Positions 11,888 to 25,685 of a DNA stretch of 64,000 bases are shown here, one piece after another. A program made the position numbers and the translations under genes. The DNA is from Paragordius varius. Its lineage: Eukaryota; Animalia; Nematomorpha. The notes under the pieces were generated by a model, which made no database searches, was not told the DNA's origin, and was given only the letters and a program-made list of their open reading frames with translations. Position 1 is the stretch's first letter. Every line of letters starts with the position of its first letter. Where the stretch lies: the NCBI GenBank assembly GCA_964247055.1, contig OZ176057.1, forward strand, positions 186,001 to 250,000, written 5' to 3'.

Positions 11888-14800
11888 TTTATTTATATAT
11901 TTGTATTATGATGAAAATAAGGTATCTGTTAGTTTACACCTAAATTTTGTATATATCATGTGAATACCGTCAGGATTATGTTAATTTATATTTGTATTGT
12001 TTGATATCATGAAAATTACCTTCAGAAAAAATTGATGTATTATTCTTACACTATCCCTATAATCCAACTGTAACAATCATGTAGATTATATATAATCGTT
12101 GCCAAGAATTAGTTTTTACAAGTTAAATATTTTGTAAAAGTCGGTTTTAAGACAAATTAATATTTTATGGGATTTGTACGGATTGATGGTTAATATTCCA
12201 CGCTTTTATATCCTATTTTGCTTAAATTACATAAATTTTCTCTCATGTAAGATATGAAAATAAAACTATATTAATTTTTTATACACTCACAAATAACAAA
12301 AAATGAAAAAATAAAAAACAATATTTTTTAGTTTTTTTTATATATAAGTTAATAAGTTTTTTTACTGAAAACATGAATTTTAAGAGTTTAATAGTGAGTT
12401 TAGCCGGTAATAACTAAAAAAATTATTTTAATATGTTTCCATAAAATTTTTACTCTATTTTAACTGTGTTAAAAGAAAAACGCCATCTTTTGAGCTGAGA
12501 ATTTATAGAAACCCTAACTATATGATTTTAGGCTATTCATATATTGAAAATATCTCCTTAAATGATAATAAACCATAATATCTCAAATTTTATCATTATT
12601 TTTTGAATTATCCTTAATTATCCTTAATTTTCACTTTTTGTCCGATTTCAATATACTCTCAATATTTCAAAAACTAGCTCTTCAACAAATAAAAATTTTT
12701 GCGGCAAATGAATGCACTGGTCATAAGTCATCTTATGAAAAAAAAATATTTTGTTAAATTTTTTGAACACAGTATATATGTCTGAAATTAAGAATGATAA
12801 ATTATTAATTTATTATAATAATAAACAAATTTATTCATAATTTGTTGTATCGGGATTCAGAGTGGTAGGTTTTGGATATTCTTTCTTTTTACCAAGATAG
12901 CTGGGTATTGGGGCTCTACTGGGTCCTCCAACGCTATTTGCAGAACCTTTTTATGAACAGAGGAAAAATTAGAAATGTAATAATAACTAAAACTTTAAAC
13001 AAAAAGCAAAATAAAATATTGTATTGAATCTTTGCACAAAAATTAAATTCCAACGTAGAAGTGTTAAATTTAATAGAGAGGTATTTAGTGAAACCCGATT
13101 TTGAATTTATTGTGTTGGTTTGCGAATCAAGGATTGGAGATTTAAATTTATTTCCATTGAATAAAATTATGCAATATAAACTCAGTATGAAACAGATATT
13201 TACACACTCATAGATATATATTTTTACATGTATAATTGAAATTTTACTGTCAAAATGAAGAAATAAAAAAATATTATTTTTCCCATCAACTATTGTATTT
13301 TCAGATATATACATGTGTGAGTGTATTGAATATTTGCATTTCTATTCCCTGTTTTTCAACCCGAAAATATAGATAAATGAAACGAAAAGTATTGTTGTCT
13401 TATAGAGTTTGTCCCCATATAGGTTGGAAAATAAATTCCATTTATACTATATATTTAGGAAATTTATAGTTTTAAGAGTTGTGTCTTTTGAAAATAAAAA
13501 AATAATTATCAGTTTTTACGTTCTATCTTTCATTACTGATTGTGGTTTTGTCTTTTGAAAATTCATTATTATTGTTATTTTAGTTGTTTTACTTAACGAA
13601 TATCCTAAATTAAATTGGGATAGAATTCAATAATTAGCCTTCAGAATTTTTATATATGCAGCTTTTTTGCTCAACATTAAAATAAAATTAATATGATAAG
13701 ATTTAGGTTAGTTAGTTAATATAGATGGCGAAAGCACACGTATATAATACGATATCCAAAAAATAAATAATTAATGTATCAAAAATATGCGTGATTTCTT
13801 ACATTTTTCTCGATTAATCCAAAAAAGAATTAAAATTTTGATATTTAATAATTGTAAAAAGGGTTCTAAAAAACTGTTAAACTTATTTATCAAAATGATT
13901 GGATAAAATTATAAAAAAACCTGTTAAAAAGGTACCCAAGAGATAGAAGAAAATCATTGAAAGCGCAATATACAACTTCATTGTTAGGTATTATTGATTT
14001 GGCTAAAATTTATAAACAGTAAAAACTGAAATTATACGTGACAACAAAACGTAAAAAGACAAATAAATATTTTTTTTCTAAAAGACAATAACCATACTTT
14101 TGAAATTTATTAAAATTCATTTTAAAAAAACACACAATCAATTATGTACTTTACGATTGTAATTCTTATTATAGGATTAAATAAATAATAAAAAAAGGGT
14201 GGTTGTATTTTAGGAAAAAAATATGGTTGTTTTTATATTTTACGTTTTTTCCATATAGTATAATTTCGATTTCTGTATATACATATATTTAAATAATCAT
14301 ATTTAAGTAAAGTTTGGTGGTATATAATAAAAATCTAATCATTTTCACTAATATAAAATAACTTATGTTAAAGGCAAATTCTTTTCATCTATAAACTAAT
14401 GCCAATTTCGGATGTCGATAAACTTTGAATAATTTAGAAATTTTATATATACAATATGAGTAAGTGTACATTGCTAGAAAGGTATTAATTATTGCCAAAT
14501 ATCATATACAACAAAAGGCAGTATTATTGGCTTATAGTTATTTTTTACACTTTTTACTATAATTAGCCAATAATAATTCTCTTTGTAGCATATCTATTTG
14601 ATAACTTTCTAGCAATATAAACTACTCATAAAAATATAGAATTAATATAATTACCTTGGATAAGAGAATTACAAAATTTCGTCAAGTAAAAAATATTTAG
14701 TATACGCTCCTATATAGATATGTATATATATATATACTTTGCTAAACTGATGAAATTTTTGTTATTATCAACATGGGGGGAAAAACAATATAATTTTGGC

Positions 14801-15439
14801 TGATTCATCACAATATTAAGTTGAAAATATTTAGAGTTCTGAAATTGGAATATTTACGTACATTGAAATTATTGCAAAATATCATCTTTATAAGGTAGAA
14901 TGAACAACAAACTTATTATTTATTTACTTAGTGATGAGTAATTGATAATTACTGACAGAGATTTGCCTTAAAAAATATATCATTTGCTTTGAATTTTGTA
15001 TACTAAACTGCGCATTATATGTACGTATATTGAATATTTATGCGAAATTTCTCAGAATAGAAAACAATTCTTTTTATCAACCATTTATCATCAAAAACAA
15101 CACTTTTTTCAATTTAACGAACAATTTTTTTATTTACGACTTTTATTATTCATTAAGTATTTTAAATTTGATAGAATAATTAATTTTATACTTCGAAATT
15201 AAATTAGTTAAGATATATTATATATATCAGTTGCACCTTTAATAATTTTTGCATGTAATTATATTTTCTACATTCAAACTTATATTTTAATAAATAATTG
15301 TCTTAAATTGGGAAATACTATTTCCTTAGCTTTCAAAAAATTACTTAATTTGGAGTTAATAAAAAACTCAGAAAACCCTAAAAAAATTAACATTAGTTTT
15401 TAAGAAAACGCTATCTTAAGTGAATAAAAAAATATATAT

Positions 15440-16095
15440 AAGGGAATCCTACATTTGTTTAGGAGGCTAAATCCTTAAATATTTAAAAATTATATTGCGA
15501 TCGATATAGAGAATCAAACAAGGCAGTCCAGAGCTAATACGGTTTTGAAAACGAGACTCAGGAATGAATTTTAAAAATTAATCCAAATCAGACTTTCAAT
15601 ACACATTTAGTTGTTTTTTTCGTATACTACTGTGTTGCCAATTGACCAATTAAAAAGGAATCAAAGCAATTAAAAAAGCGGTCGGATATGTACAATCAAT
15701 ACAATAGGGAGAATTTTAAGGAATTGGCCTATTATCCTTTCTGTCGTAAAATTTGGACATTCAAAAAAAGACCAAACTTTCAGATCTTTGAAATGTTTTG
15801 AGATAGTATCTAGGAGTAAATGTACAAAAACTTAACCCACACCAACATTTTTACATCATTAAATTCATAAACCCGACTAAAACTTATCCTTGATACTCGA
15901 AATAAACAAATAGAGAGATCAACAGGTCCGTCTAACATTTCGATATTTTATCATAAACCTGATTCCATTTTATTAAGAAATATACCATATTCAAAGGGTA
16001 GTCATCAATACGATAAACGCACCAACCAATTATACATCTTATTGGAAACGATTTCTTGAGATTCATAACCCGAATTAAAATTTATTAAGGTCATC
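15440..16095 (-). pseudogene. Possible heavily decayed Shaker/Kv1-type potassium channel (T1 domain to S1)
   Basis: Colinear fragments in shifting frames: LINFNSGYESQ, LKKSFP, PLNMVYFLIKWNQVYDKI, LDGPVDLSICLF, KVWSFFECPNFTTERIIG. These resemble VINISGLRFETQ, LAQFP, PLRNEYFFDRNRPSFDAI, LRRPVNVPLDIF, QVWLLFEYPESS-ARVIA. No GYG pore was found. Confidence 0.35.
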
Positions 16096-16164
16096 AAAAA
16101 ATGAATAATTAGAAACCATATTTTTGTGAAATAATAAATAAAGTAAATATTTATATTAGATATA

Positions 16165-16389
16165 CAGTAAAAATTGAAATTATACGGACAAAATGTGAAA
16201 ATATAAGAACAACCATACTTTTTAATCTTGATATAGAGATACATATTTTTAACACTATCAATAATATATTTATCGATTGTAATTAAATGTTTATTATAGG
16301 ATAAATTAAGGTTTAAAAAGCATGGTTGTCTTTTGAAAAAAAAATTTTGTCTTTATATTATTTTGTCCGTATAATTTCAATTTTTACTC
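16165..16389. mobile_element. CAGT-ended MITE (Tc1/mariner type, TA target), one copy of the dominant family
   Basis: Inverted arms cagtaaaaattgaaattatacggacaaaa...aaccatactttt and aaaagcatggttgtc...ttttgtccgtataatttcaatttttact. Confidence 0.8.
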
Positions 16390-16397
16390 TATATATA

Positions 16398-17042
16398 TAC
16401 CATTTACACTTCAAGAGTGTCCTTGAACAATTCAAGTTGGTCCTTGAACAATTCAAGTTGGTCCTTGAACAATTCAAGTTGGTCCTTGAACAATTCAAGT
16501 TGGTCCTTTAACTTTTTTGTTTTGTTTTTAACTTTTATCAATCAAATCGAAAATAATTCGTCTATTTTATTGATTTTAACCTATTTTCTATTATTTAACA
16601 TAAATTTTAAATCGATATCAACTTTTTATCTTTGAAAAACCGTATATCTTTATTAATTTCTTAAAATAAATTTGGATATTTATAAGATTTTAACACGAAA
16701 TGAAAAAATATATAAGTTTTCTGGGTTATTAATTAAAATTTTTCATTAAAAAAAATAGTTTTAAACAAAAAAAGTGGTTTTTCAATAAAAATTTATTTTT
16801 AAATGAATAAATATATAATAAATAAAGAAAATTAGGTTAATAAATAATAAATATAAAAATAAATGCAAAAATTATGGTTAAATCAAAATTTATAAATTTT
16901 AAGGACCAACTTGAACTGTTCAAGGACCAATTTGAATTGTTCAAGGACCAACTTGAATTGTTCAAGGATGTTCAAGGACCAACTTGAACTGTTCAAGGAC
17001 CAACTTGAATTGTTCAAGGACACTCTTGAAGTGTAAATGGTA
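16398..17042. mobile_element. Foldback-like MITE with TIR 5'-TACCATTTACACTTCAAGAGTGTCC and arrays of 21-bp repeats (subfamily A)
   Basis: Matching inverted ends; 4 copies of ttgaacaattcaagttggtcc on the left and about 5 inverted copies on the right; TA flanks. The LEQFKLV/SLNNSSW ORFs in the track are repeat artefacts. Confidence 0.9.
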
Positions 17043-18074
17043 TATATATATAAATATATATCCATTAGTTAGAAAATTATTGTTATACCATTTTTTCAAG
17101 CAAACGCAACATTTTCCAAGCAAAGACAACATTTTTTCAACAAAAACAGCAATATTTTTAAAATTAAAAGGATTTATTTTATGATATGACAATATAATTA
17201 ATAAGTATTTATTTAATTTTAAGTTAATATAATAAAGTTTTAGCGTTGATATATGATTTTTAGTGTTTTATCATCAATATTTGATGGTAAATGGATTGAT
17301 TTTCAAACATTTTAATTTTGCCAATAAGTTGCATTGATTATCTATACAATTTGCGCTTCAAGAGTGTCTTTGAAAGTTATTTGTCACTCACTTAAATTCC
17401 TTACATTTTTTTGCAAATTTAAACTTATATCTTTATTGATTAGTATTTTTTAAATCTAATATTTTTATAAAAACAACTTTAGTTTCGAACTATTTTATTT
17501 AATTTATCAATATTATATCCTTATAAATGTTTTGACTAAATGTTAGGATCTATAACCCACAAAACCTAGATTGTTAAGTTTATTATAGAAAATATTAAGG
17601 ATTCTTATGGATAAAATGGTAATCGCTTAAAATAGGTCAATAAAGAGATTAGGTTTAAAATGATAGAATAGATGAATATTTTATTGCTCCATTAATAAAA
17701 GTTAAAATCAAAATTAAAATATTGGAGGACCAACTTTAAATTTTTAAGGATCTTGAATCGCAAATTATATATATTGATTGACTGTTGTCTAAGAAAGAAA
17801 TAATATAAATAAATAATGTAATGGTCAAAATTAAAATTGTTTAATTTTCAATTAAATATTGATGATAAAACAATAAAAATAATAATTCTACACTAAAATT
17901 AAATTACAACCTTAATAGAAATAGAGTTATATAACAAAGAAAACATAATTTATGAACCAAAATCAAACATGTGTGTGTTATATTATAATACAAGAATTAT
18001 ATACTATTTTGCTTGAAGCTACAATCAACATTAACTACGTGTATAACAAAGAGTTATAAGTGTTTACAATTATA

Positions 18075-21000
18075 TAGGGTCGTTTGTGTCCACGAAAGTA
18101 AGATCTAACTTAGTTACATATGAGAGTAATCCGAGTCGTTTATTTACAATTCCTTCTCACCAACCATTCACTATTTCATTTTTTATATATATACTTTTTC
18201 GTTTTCATGGTATTCGTGATTTAATTGTACATCGACTAAGAAGGTTTGTTTCTATTTTAGCTAGGGTTGTGATTTTGACCCCCTTTTTTAAAAAAAGGGG
18301 TCAGACCTAGGTCGGACCATATGTTATTGCCAATAATAAATAACTACATGCCTATATACCTGATAAAACATAAAAAAGGTTTTTGTCATATAGTATATTT
18401 TTTTAAAAGTCTACTTTCACCAATTCTGAGATTTTTTCTAATTATATAAAGTTTTAAACCACAAAAGTAAAACTAACAAGATAATATGGAATTTATTGAA
18501 ACCTATTTTATGGTCTAATTATCCCATTAATTTAATGGATTCGACTATTAAAAATATTATTTTTATATATTCCATCAACTTCTATTTTTATATCTTCATA
18601 ACATGAATCTAGTAATTCCTTGGAAATCTTTTTTATATTTGGAATAGCATATTCGGTTTTTATTATGAATGAAACTCCGAAAATATTTATTTTCAACTAT
18701 GTTTAGAGTTGATGATGTAAAAATAAATTTTGCTATAGTTTCTGGCTTCTAGAAAACAGAAATTTTTAAGAATACTTAAGAAATTAAATACTTAGGTTGC
18801 TTTCGACCATCACCTTATGTCTCATAATTTATTTCATGAACTTCTTTCAGATATTTCTTCATTCGGTTTTTAATTATATATATAGTGTAATTGAATTTCT
18901 TGCATGTAACTTGATTTTTTTTGGATCGAAAAATTTCCACAAGGCTGATTTCATTATGATTTAGGAAGTGAAGAAAAATGTGTATCATATAATATTTAAA
19001 AAAAATAACACATATTTATATAATAAAAGTTTTGTTTTCCCAAAAATTGTAAAATAAAAAAAAAAAAATTTACCTAGGTCATTTTTTTCGTGGTGACCAT
19101 GGTCATTACCTAGGTCATGACCCTAGATCATTTAACTAATGGGCACAACCCTAATTTTAGCCATGTGAATGGATTAGGTGGAGTACGTTTTAGGAAATGT
19201 TGTGCGGGACAGTATTTGTAGCACTACGTATGTTAGTGCAGTCTCCCCAAAGCGTGTTATATATTTTTGATTGTGGGTTACCGTCTTCTGCTGACCAATA
19301 ATGTGTTTTGAGGATTTATATCACTCGTTCCACCATTCCACTTGTTTTTGGATGATAGGAAACTGATGTTATATGTTTAATGTTTTCCGTTCCCATGAAT
19401 TTTTTAAGCTCCTCAGATGTAAAGTAAGACGCGTTGTCGGTTACTATCATTCTTGGTGATCCATACCGACTGAAACATTCGTCAGGAAATTTAAAATATT
19501 AATCGTCGATATCATTTCGATAGTTTAACTTCGACCCGAGAATAACTTTGAATAAGAACTATCCAATAATAAATGTCTATCGGGCCGCTATATATAGATG
19601 TAATCTCTCCCATATTGCTGTATTAGTGTTTTAATTGTATGTGGGATTCATTTTTTTCATCGGACGGTTTTCTTGACATTTTTTACACGTATCTACCCAT
19701 TTATTTATGTCGCTTTCCATGTTGTGCCAAAAGACTATTTTTCTTGCTTGTTCGTACATTGTTTTGGACCTGTGGTGTCCGACGTGTAATAATTGTAAGA
19801 TATTTACTTTTCGAGATGCGGGAATTATTAATCTGTCATGCCAATATAATAACCCGTACGTATTTTCATATTCATTTCTAGGGAATAGATGTAATATTTT
19901 ATTGGACCAGTTGTTTGTTCTTTGTGCACTTATTCCCTGTTTAATACAGGGTCGGTTTCGGTCTGGCTTAATATGGACACGATTTATATAGAATAGATTA
20001 CTATTGACAAACCTTACATGTTCTGCTGTTTGAGGGCTTTCTGTATCTTGTTGTTGTGGTTCTGTCGGAATGCGGGACAATGGATATGCAATGTTTTCGT
20101 GGCTTTTAATGTACCGTAGATTGTAATTAAATTGGCTAGCTTTATATATATAACGTAGTAGCATGAAATCATTTATTTAGTCTAGTTTACGATTATTTCC
20201 AAACAGCTTTATTAGTGGTTTATCAGTACGCAGTTCAAACTTCTTTGCGGTAATAAACGTTTTAATTTTTTAAAAGCGAAAAGTATGGCTTGTGATTCTT
20301 TTCTATCACTGAATAATTTTCTTCGGGTTTGGACCACGTAGGTGCGTAGGCAATGGGTTTATTTATGCCCTCTTGCGTGGTCTATAGTAACACTGCTCTG
20401 TATCCTTTATTCGAGGCGTCTGTTTCGATTATTATAGGTAAACTCAGGGTTGAACGGATTTAGTTTAACGGTATGACATATTAAATTTTTGGTTAAAACA
20501 GTCCTCGTGGTTTCGATATCCAGGGGTTTTTATAACTGCTTAGGTCGTGAAGTATAGCCAAACTTCCACAATTTCGGGAGGAATCGTGTTTTATTAAGCC
20601 TAAGAAGGACTTGAGTGTTATTTTGTCATTGGGTCTTGGGAAGTCTTGAATGGCTTTAACTTTATTGGCGGCTGGTGATATGCCGTTTTTTGATATAATA
20701 TATAAATAGCTTACAGACGGTTGAAAAAGTTTTAGTATGCTTTTACTTAATTTTAAACCAGATTTGTCAGGACGCTTAAATACCCTTTCTAAGTTTCTTT
20801 TATGTTCGTTTCGGTTTTTTCCTGTTATTAAAATATCGTCTAAATATACAGCTGCTGGGCAGTCACCTAAAATCTTATCCATTAATCTTTGAAAAATGCA
20901 GGGGGCGCTTATTAGGCCAAAGGGAAGCCTTTTATATGTAAAATAACCTAGAGATGTGGTAATTGTTAGTAACTTTTGATTTTCTAGATTTACTGGGCAG

Positions 21001-21520
21001 ATATGCGTCTTTTAATCGATTACCGAAAATGATTCTAATCCTATTTTGGAAACTAATTTGTCAAATGTCAGTATATTATGAATGTCATCTACTAGATGTG
21101 GATTTATAAGACCATAATCGGCACATAACCTTAAGGCACCATTTGCTTTTGTTATACAAACAATAGGGGTGGCTCAGGTTAGTTTCTCAGTCATGGAGTC
21201 TAATGGTTTGATTATGTCCGCTTCTAAAAATCTCTTAATTTCCAAGTCGACTTTTTCTTTTAACGGTATCGGCATGCGGCAACACTTAAAAACTTTTGGT
21301 TTTGTATTGTTTTTTAAAAAAAGTTTGATAGGGGTTCCAGTTAAACACCCTAACTTTTCACGAAAAAGTGAATTAAATTTATTAACAAGTGAATTTTCCC
21401 CAAATATATTATTATTAAAACATTTACGACAATTTAACAACTGTTTTATGGCACTCGGGACAGATAAAAATAAAAAGTTATGTTAGCGAATTAAAAATGC
21501 TTTTAACTGATTATAAAGTA
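18075..21520 (-). mobile_element. Decayed Ty3/Gypsy LTR retrotransposon pol (RT-RNaseH-integrase)
   Basis: AVYLDDILITG (RT), integrase zinc finger LHVGH...FWHNMESDINKWVDTCKKCQ, core FSRYGSPRMIVTDNASYFTS...YHPKTSGMVER and C-terminal KRLGLLSYV. Many stops and frameshifts; no LTRs recognised. Confidence 0.9.
18262..19153. mobile_element. Non-autonomous hAT element nested in the Gypsy integrase
   Basis: TIRs TAGGGTTGTG...CACAACCCTA with a perfect 8-bp TSD ATTTTAGC (18254-18261 and 19154-19161). A lone left end of the same family lies near 48862. Confidence 0.9.
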
Positions 21521-21859
21521 ATAATTTTCTCAATATCTCAAGGATTGTCCATGGATGGATCGAAGCTTTGCTAGAATCGAGGTCGACTTTTTGGAATTTT
21601 GTGAATAAAATCTTCAAGTGAGGTTGAGTTCTCCCAAGGTTGCAAAGGTTTTTTGAAATTCCGATGGGTTAGTTTAAAAATTAAGAAACGCTTAAAGAGC
21701 AAAAAAAATGTGTTTGTGTTAATGGTTTTCACGAAAAGAATGTTATTTTTCTCCAATCTAATTTTGGTATTATCGTTGTGATTGAAGCCTTATTTCTTAC
21801 ATTAGATGAATACGATTTGATTGATAAAAGTTAAAAACAAAACAAATTCTTTTTTGGAT

Positions 21860-22610
21860 AGTTTAAGTTGACCATATAATCTTCGTCATTTAAATGTTTA
21901 AAATATTCGTTTGCTGGTAGAAATATATGGCGAACATGCTCTATCGATTAAAACATGCTACGAATGTTTTCGAAAATATAAATGTGATTTGACTGTGAAG
22001 TGGGCGCCTGATGAATCAAACATCTGCAAAGACGATCAAGTGCAAGAGTTATTGGATGATGTTTCAACACAAACTTAATAACAATTGTTAGAAGCATATA
22101 AGCATCAAAAAGAATAGATAAGAACAATGGGTAAAACAATAAACTCGGTAAATTGCAAAACGATATGGATGAACGTCAAATCGGAAGTTTCAAGTGACTA
22201 GTGAGGTCATTCTTCAAACTCAAGAAAAGAAATTATTTTAGCATATAGTGTGCTTTATAAATCTTATTAAAACAAATAGTTTATCTTTTTATGCCGGACT
22301 AAACCCTGGTCAATAAGACCATGTTATATATATCTGTTGAAGCCAAACTTTTGAAAGCCGCTAGAAGCCCTAAATACAAACGCAATGCCAAAAGCTGTTT
22401 GTTATTGATCATGGTATAATTAAAAAACAAATGGGGGCCAGAAGAGAGGGCAAAGCGATTTAGAATACCCTAAGCTCTAAACAGTAAAACCAGGGAAAGA
22501 TACACTAAATTGGATAAAAACGCCGTTAAACTCTCCGGACCATGTCAATCAATACATCTACTACGCATCAATGAAGCAGACCCTCGCAGAGCGGCACTTA
22601 AATCTTAATG
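21860..22610 (+). pseudogene. Mariner-type transposase remnant
   Basis: RLLVEIYGEHALSIKTCYECFRKY and VQELLDDVSTQT, with a later remnant of the C-terminal region; heavily broken. Confidence 0.7.
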
Positions 22611-22614
22611 GTGA

Positions 22615-23070
22615 AATGATAATAGAAACGGATGCGTCAGATACAGGATTTGGGTCCATTTCATGAGGTTAATTGTGAAAGGGTGCCTCGCTTATGCCTC
22701 GCAAAAATGCAGTAACGCCGAACGGAACTACTTAAGAAACTGAAAGCAATATTGTTTGAACTGAGAAAGTTTCATAAGTTTGTATATGGTAGAAAATTTA
22801 TTACTGATTATTTAGTATTAGAAAAATACTTAATCGCCTCTCAAAGGGCAAAAGGGTTTATATAAAAAGTAACGCACCGAATGTAATTCACAAGTTGGAA
22901 TTTTGCAAGTTTTAGTTTTGTAAGAGAGCTAGTTAGCGGTAACGCATCGTATTTTAATAGTGAGTATTTTGTGTCAACTTTAAGTTATGGGTAAATAATA
23001 CCCCCTACCATCCTAAAAACAATGGGATAGTAAAAAGGTTAGCAGGTACGATAAAAAATTAATACAAGAC
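22615..23070 (+). pseudogene. Second Gypsy remnant (RNase H and integrase fragments)
   Basis: IIETDASDTGFG, LAYASQKCSNAERNY, LRKFHKFVYGRKF and PYHPKNNGIVKR in broken frames. Confidence 0.7.
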
Positions 23071-23994
23071 AAAATAAAATAGTGCGATATCCACCCACGA
23101 AGCCTTTAAAGAGCCTATAAGCGTATCATTACGTTTGATTTAAAATTTCATATTCGTCTATTGTCGACATTAAAAAATTTAAATCTATTGACCCATTGGA
23201 AAGCCGATTTTATTATACAAATGGTATCTTTTAAATACAATTTTAAGGAACATATTATCGTTTTTATAAATCTCTTTAGTACAAAACAATTATAAACAAT
23301 GCCAGACTTTCGATCATTCAACTCACATCCGTTTCTAAATATTCCACACTCGCAAAATTCTAAAAAATTGATGAATATAAACTTCTAACGTGATATAAAT
23401 CATTCATAGAATATTAATATGTTAGTCAAAACATATTTACCTCCTTTCCCGAATCTTAAAATTTGAATCATTTTAGTGACACATTAAACAGTTTAGAATT
23501 GTGTGCTCTATATTTTTTACCATATTAATTAGGGTACATTAGATAACCATATTTGTAACTACCTGTATTTTTTGAGTATACATTTTGTACTAAAAAACGA
23601 AACGCTAAGTAAGCGCATAAGAAAATGCCTTTAACAACTGATAATCCGTTTCATTAATATTTTTCTCAATGTCTTAATGGCAAATAAGTTGTTGTCCAGG
23701 TCGACTTTTAGCAATATTTTAAATAATAGTTTTCCATAAATATCGGTTTTTTTGTTTTCTGCCAATGCATTGTTTTTTTCAAAATTCCTGTCACCTTTTT
23801 TTAAAAAATCAGAATGAGTTTTCAGTTAGCAAGCGAAAAATGGGTTTTTTCATATTGAATATTTCCAATTGATCTTTGGGCTAATCAACGAAAAGTATCC
23901 AGATGATTATTTTTTTACAGGTACTTCTGACACCTAAAACTAAACCACACATATTCCTGCCCGCGTCTATTTTTATCATTCTATATGTTAAATT

Positions 23995-24800
23995 AATGCC
24001 TGAAAAAGAAGAGCGACATGCATTACATATTACTTCACAAGAAAAAGGCTGTTAAAAATCATCATTTGCTGGTAGGATCATATAGCCAACAAGTATTGAT
24101 TAAAACAAAAGTTTTAAAATGGGAAGTTCGAACTTAGCTATATCAAACAGCTGCGAAGATCATGTACAAGAGTTATTGGATCATGTCCCAACTCAACTTT
24201 GATAGCGTTGGTAGAATGATTACAATTATCACAAACAATATATAATCTACGAGAATGTGAAAAACCAATAAACTCTCTGAATTCCAACACTTGGAAACTA
24301 CAAAATGACTAGTGAAATTTTTTTTCCACAACCTCACAAGAAGAAATTATTATAGCACAAAATTATGACGGGTGTAATAAATCTTATTAGAAAAAAAATA
24401 AGTTATCTATACATGCTGGTCTATCACATCTGGGCAATAGGACCATGTTGTATGTCTGATGATAACTTTAAAATCCCGCTGGAAGCCTAAATACAAATGC
24501 TTTTCCTAAACACTGATTGTTTTCGACCATCAATTCCATAATGGGCCAGAAGACAACGCAAAGCGATCTTGATACCTAAGCCAACGGTTAAACAAGTGAA
24601 AAATATCGTAACATTGGTTGAATGTGTAGCATTCTCCTGACCTAACGCCATCTGATTAATATATATACGCAACAATGAAACAAACCCTCGCAGAGAAGCG
24701 CTTAAATAATAAAGACGTTAAATAGAACATATGGTTTTCTGCAAAAGACAATCAATTTTTCTAGCATATTCAATTATATCTGAGAGATGAGAGAAAATAA
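23995..24800 (+). pseudogene. Second mariner-type transposase remnant
   Basis: N-terminal RHAL...KKAVKNHHLLVGSY and C-terminal HSPDLTPSD...MKQTLAEKRL, matching the YSPDLAPSD motif. Confidence 0.7.
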
Positions 24801-24819
24801 AATAATTTAATGAATTAGT

Positions 24820-25685
24820 TCAAATTCTATTTATTTTTCTACGTATATTATGTGTTGCGGATAATTTGGTGATTATATTTGGTTTTTTTCCATTGTTTTC
24901 ACGGGGTACCCAGAAAGTCGTGGCGGCGACTTCTGGACACCCCTGATATGAAGTATAAAGCGCAATCTTAATCCTCATTTGATGCTTTAATATAATTGCA
25001 TATGTAGAGTATTTGTGCAAATTATTCGCGGGGGCCCAAAAACTCGTGGCGGCGAGTTCTGAAGCCTCCGGAATTAAACCAATGTTTTGAGTTTTCTTTT
25101 CACATCATATACGGGATGTCATACGACTGGCTATAGATCTGTATCTATTGTACCAAACTAAAGGATTATGATTTCTTAATTTAAAAGCTAGCATTGGATT
25201 ATCTATATTTCTTTTGACATAAATTATTTTTCTTAGTAGAGAGAATATTTCTTCAATAGGGGTAACAATAGAGGTTATCGTTAAAGTTTCTTGCTGATTT
25301 TTTAATATTGAATGATTTATTTTATGCATTTTTTTCAAATTTAATTAAATAATCAACAATCAATTATAACACGTCATATCAACATCATTTAGTATAATAG
25401 CTGACAATATAAACATAAATTTGATACAATTTAAAATCGATATTTTGATAACTTTACTTTTTAAGCTTGTCTACAACGAGCAATTATAAAGTTAAATTTT
25501 AATTTAATTATAAATTCTTGATTAAAAATCGTTAAAACTGTCAAATAAAAATTACTATCATGAAATCAATAGTTAACTTTATTGCTTTGATTGTATTTTC
25601 ATAGCTAAATTGAATATTTAATTTTACACGATCTAAGTATTATTAATTTTTATACGCTACTCTGAATGGTAAAAACAATTATATT
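24820..25685 (-). repeat. Dispersed repeat module, inverted near-identical copy of 63150-64000
   Basis: Base-by-base comparison shows roughly 94-95% identity (by eye) over the upstream region, ORF and hairpin region. Confidence 0.93.
25105..25329 (-). CDS. Unknown 74-aa protein (copy 1)
   Basis: ATG to TGA intact in both copies; 7 of 8 nucleotide differences from copy 2 are synonymous. Confidence 0.6.
   Translation of the reverse strand: MHKINHSILKNQQETLTITSIVTPIEEIFSLLRKIIYVKRNIDNPMLAFKLRNHNPLVWYNRYRSIASRMTSRI

Noticed and set aside
12857-13314. Possible minus-strand exons (SANSVGGPSRAQYPAILVK...)
   Set aside because: Locally GC-richer and exon-like, but no family match or consistent splice model.
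16420-16503. 21-bp repeats as heat-shock elements
   Set aside because: GAA and TTC are separated by 3 nt rather than the 2 nt of nGAAnnTTCn; better explained as transposon subterminal repeats.
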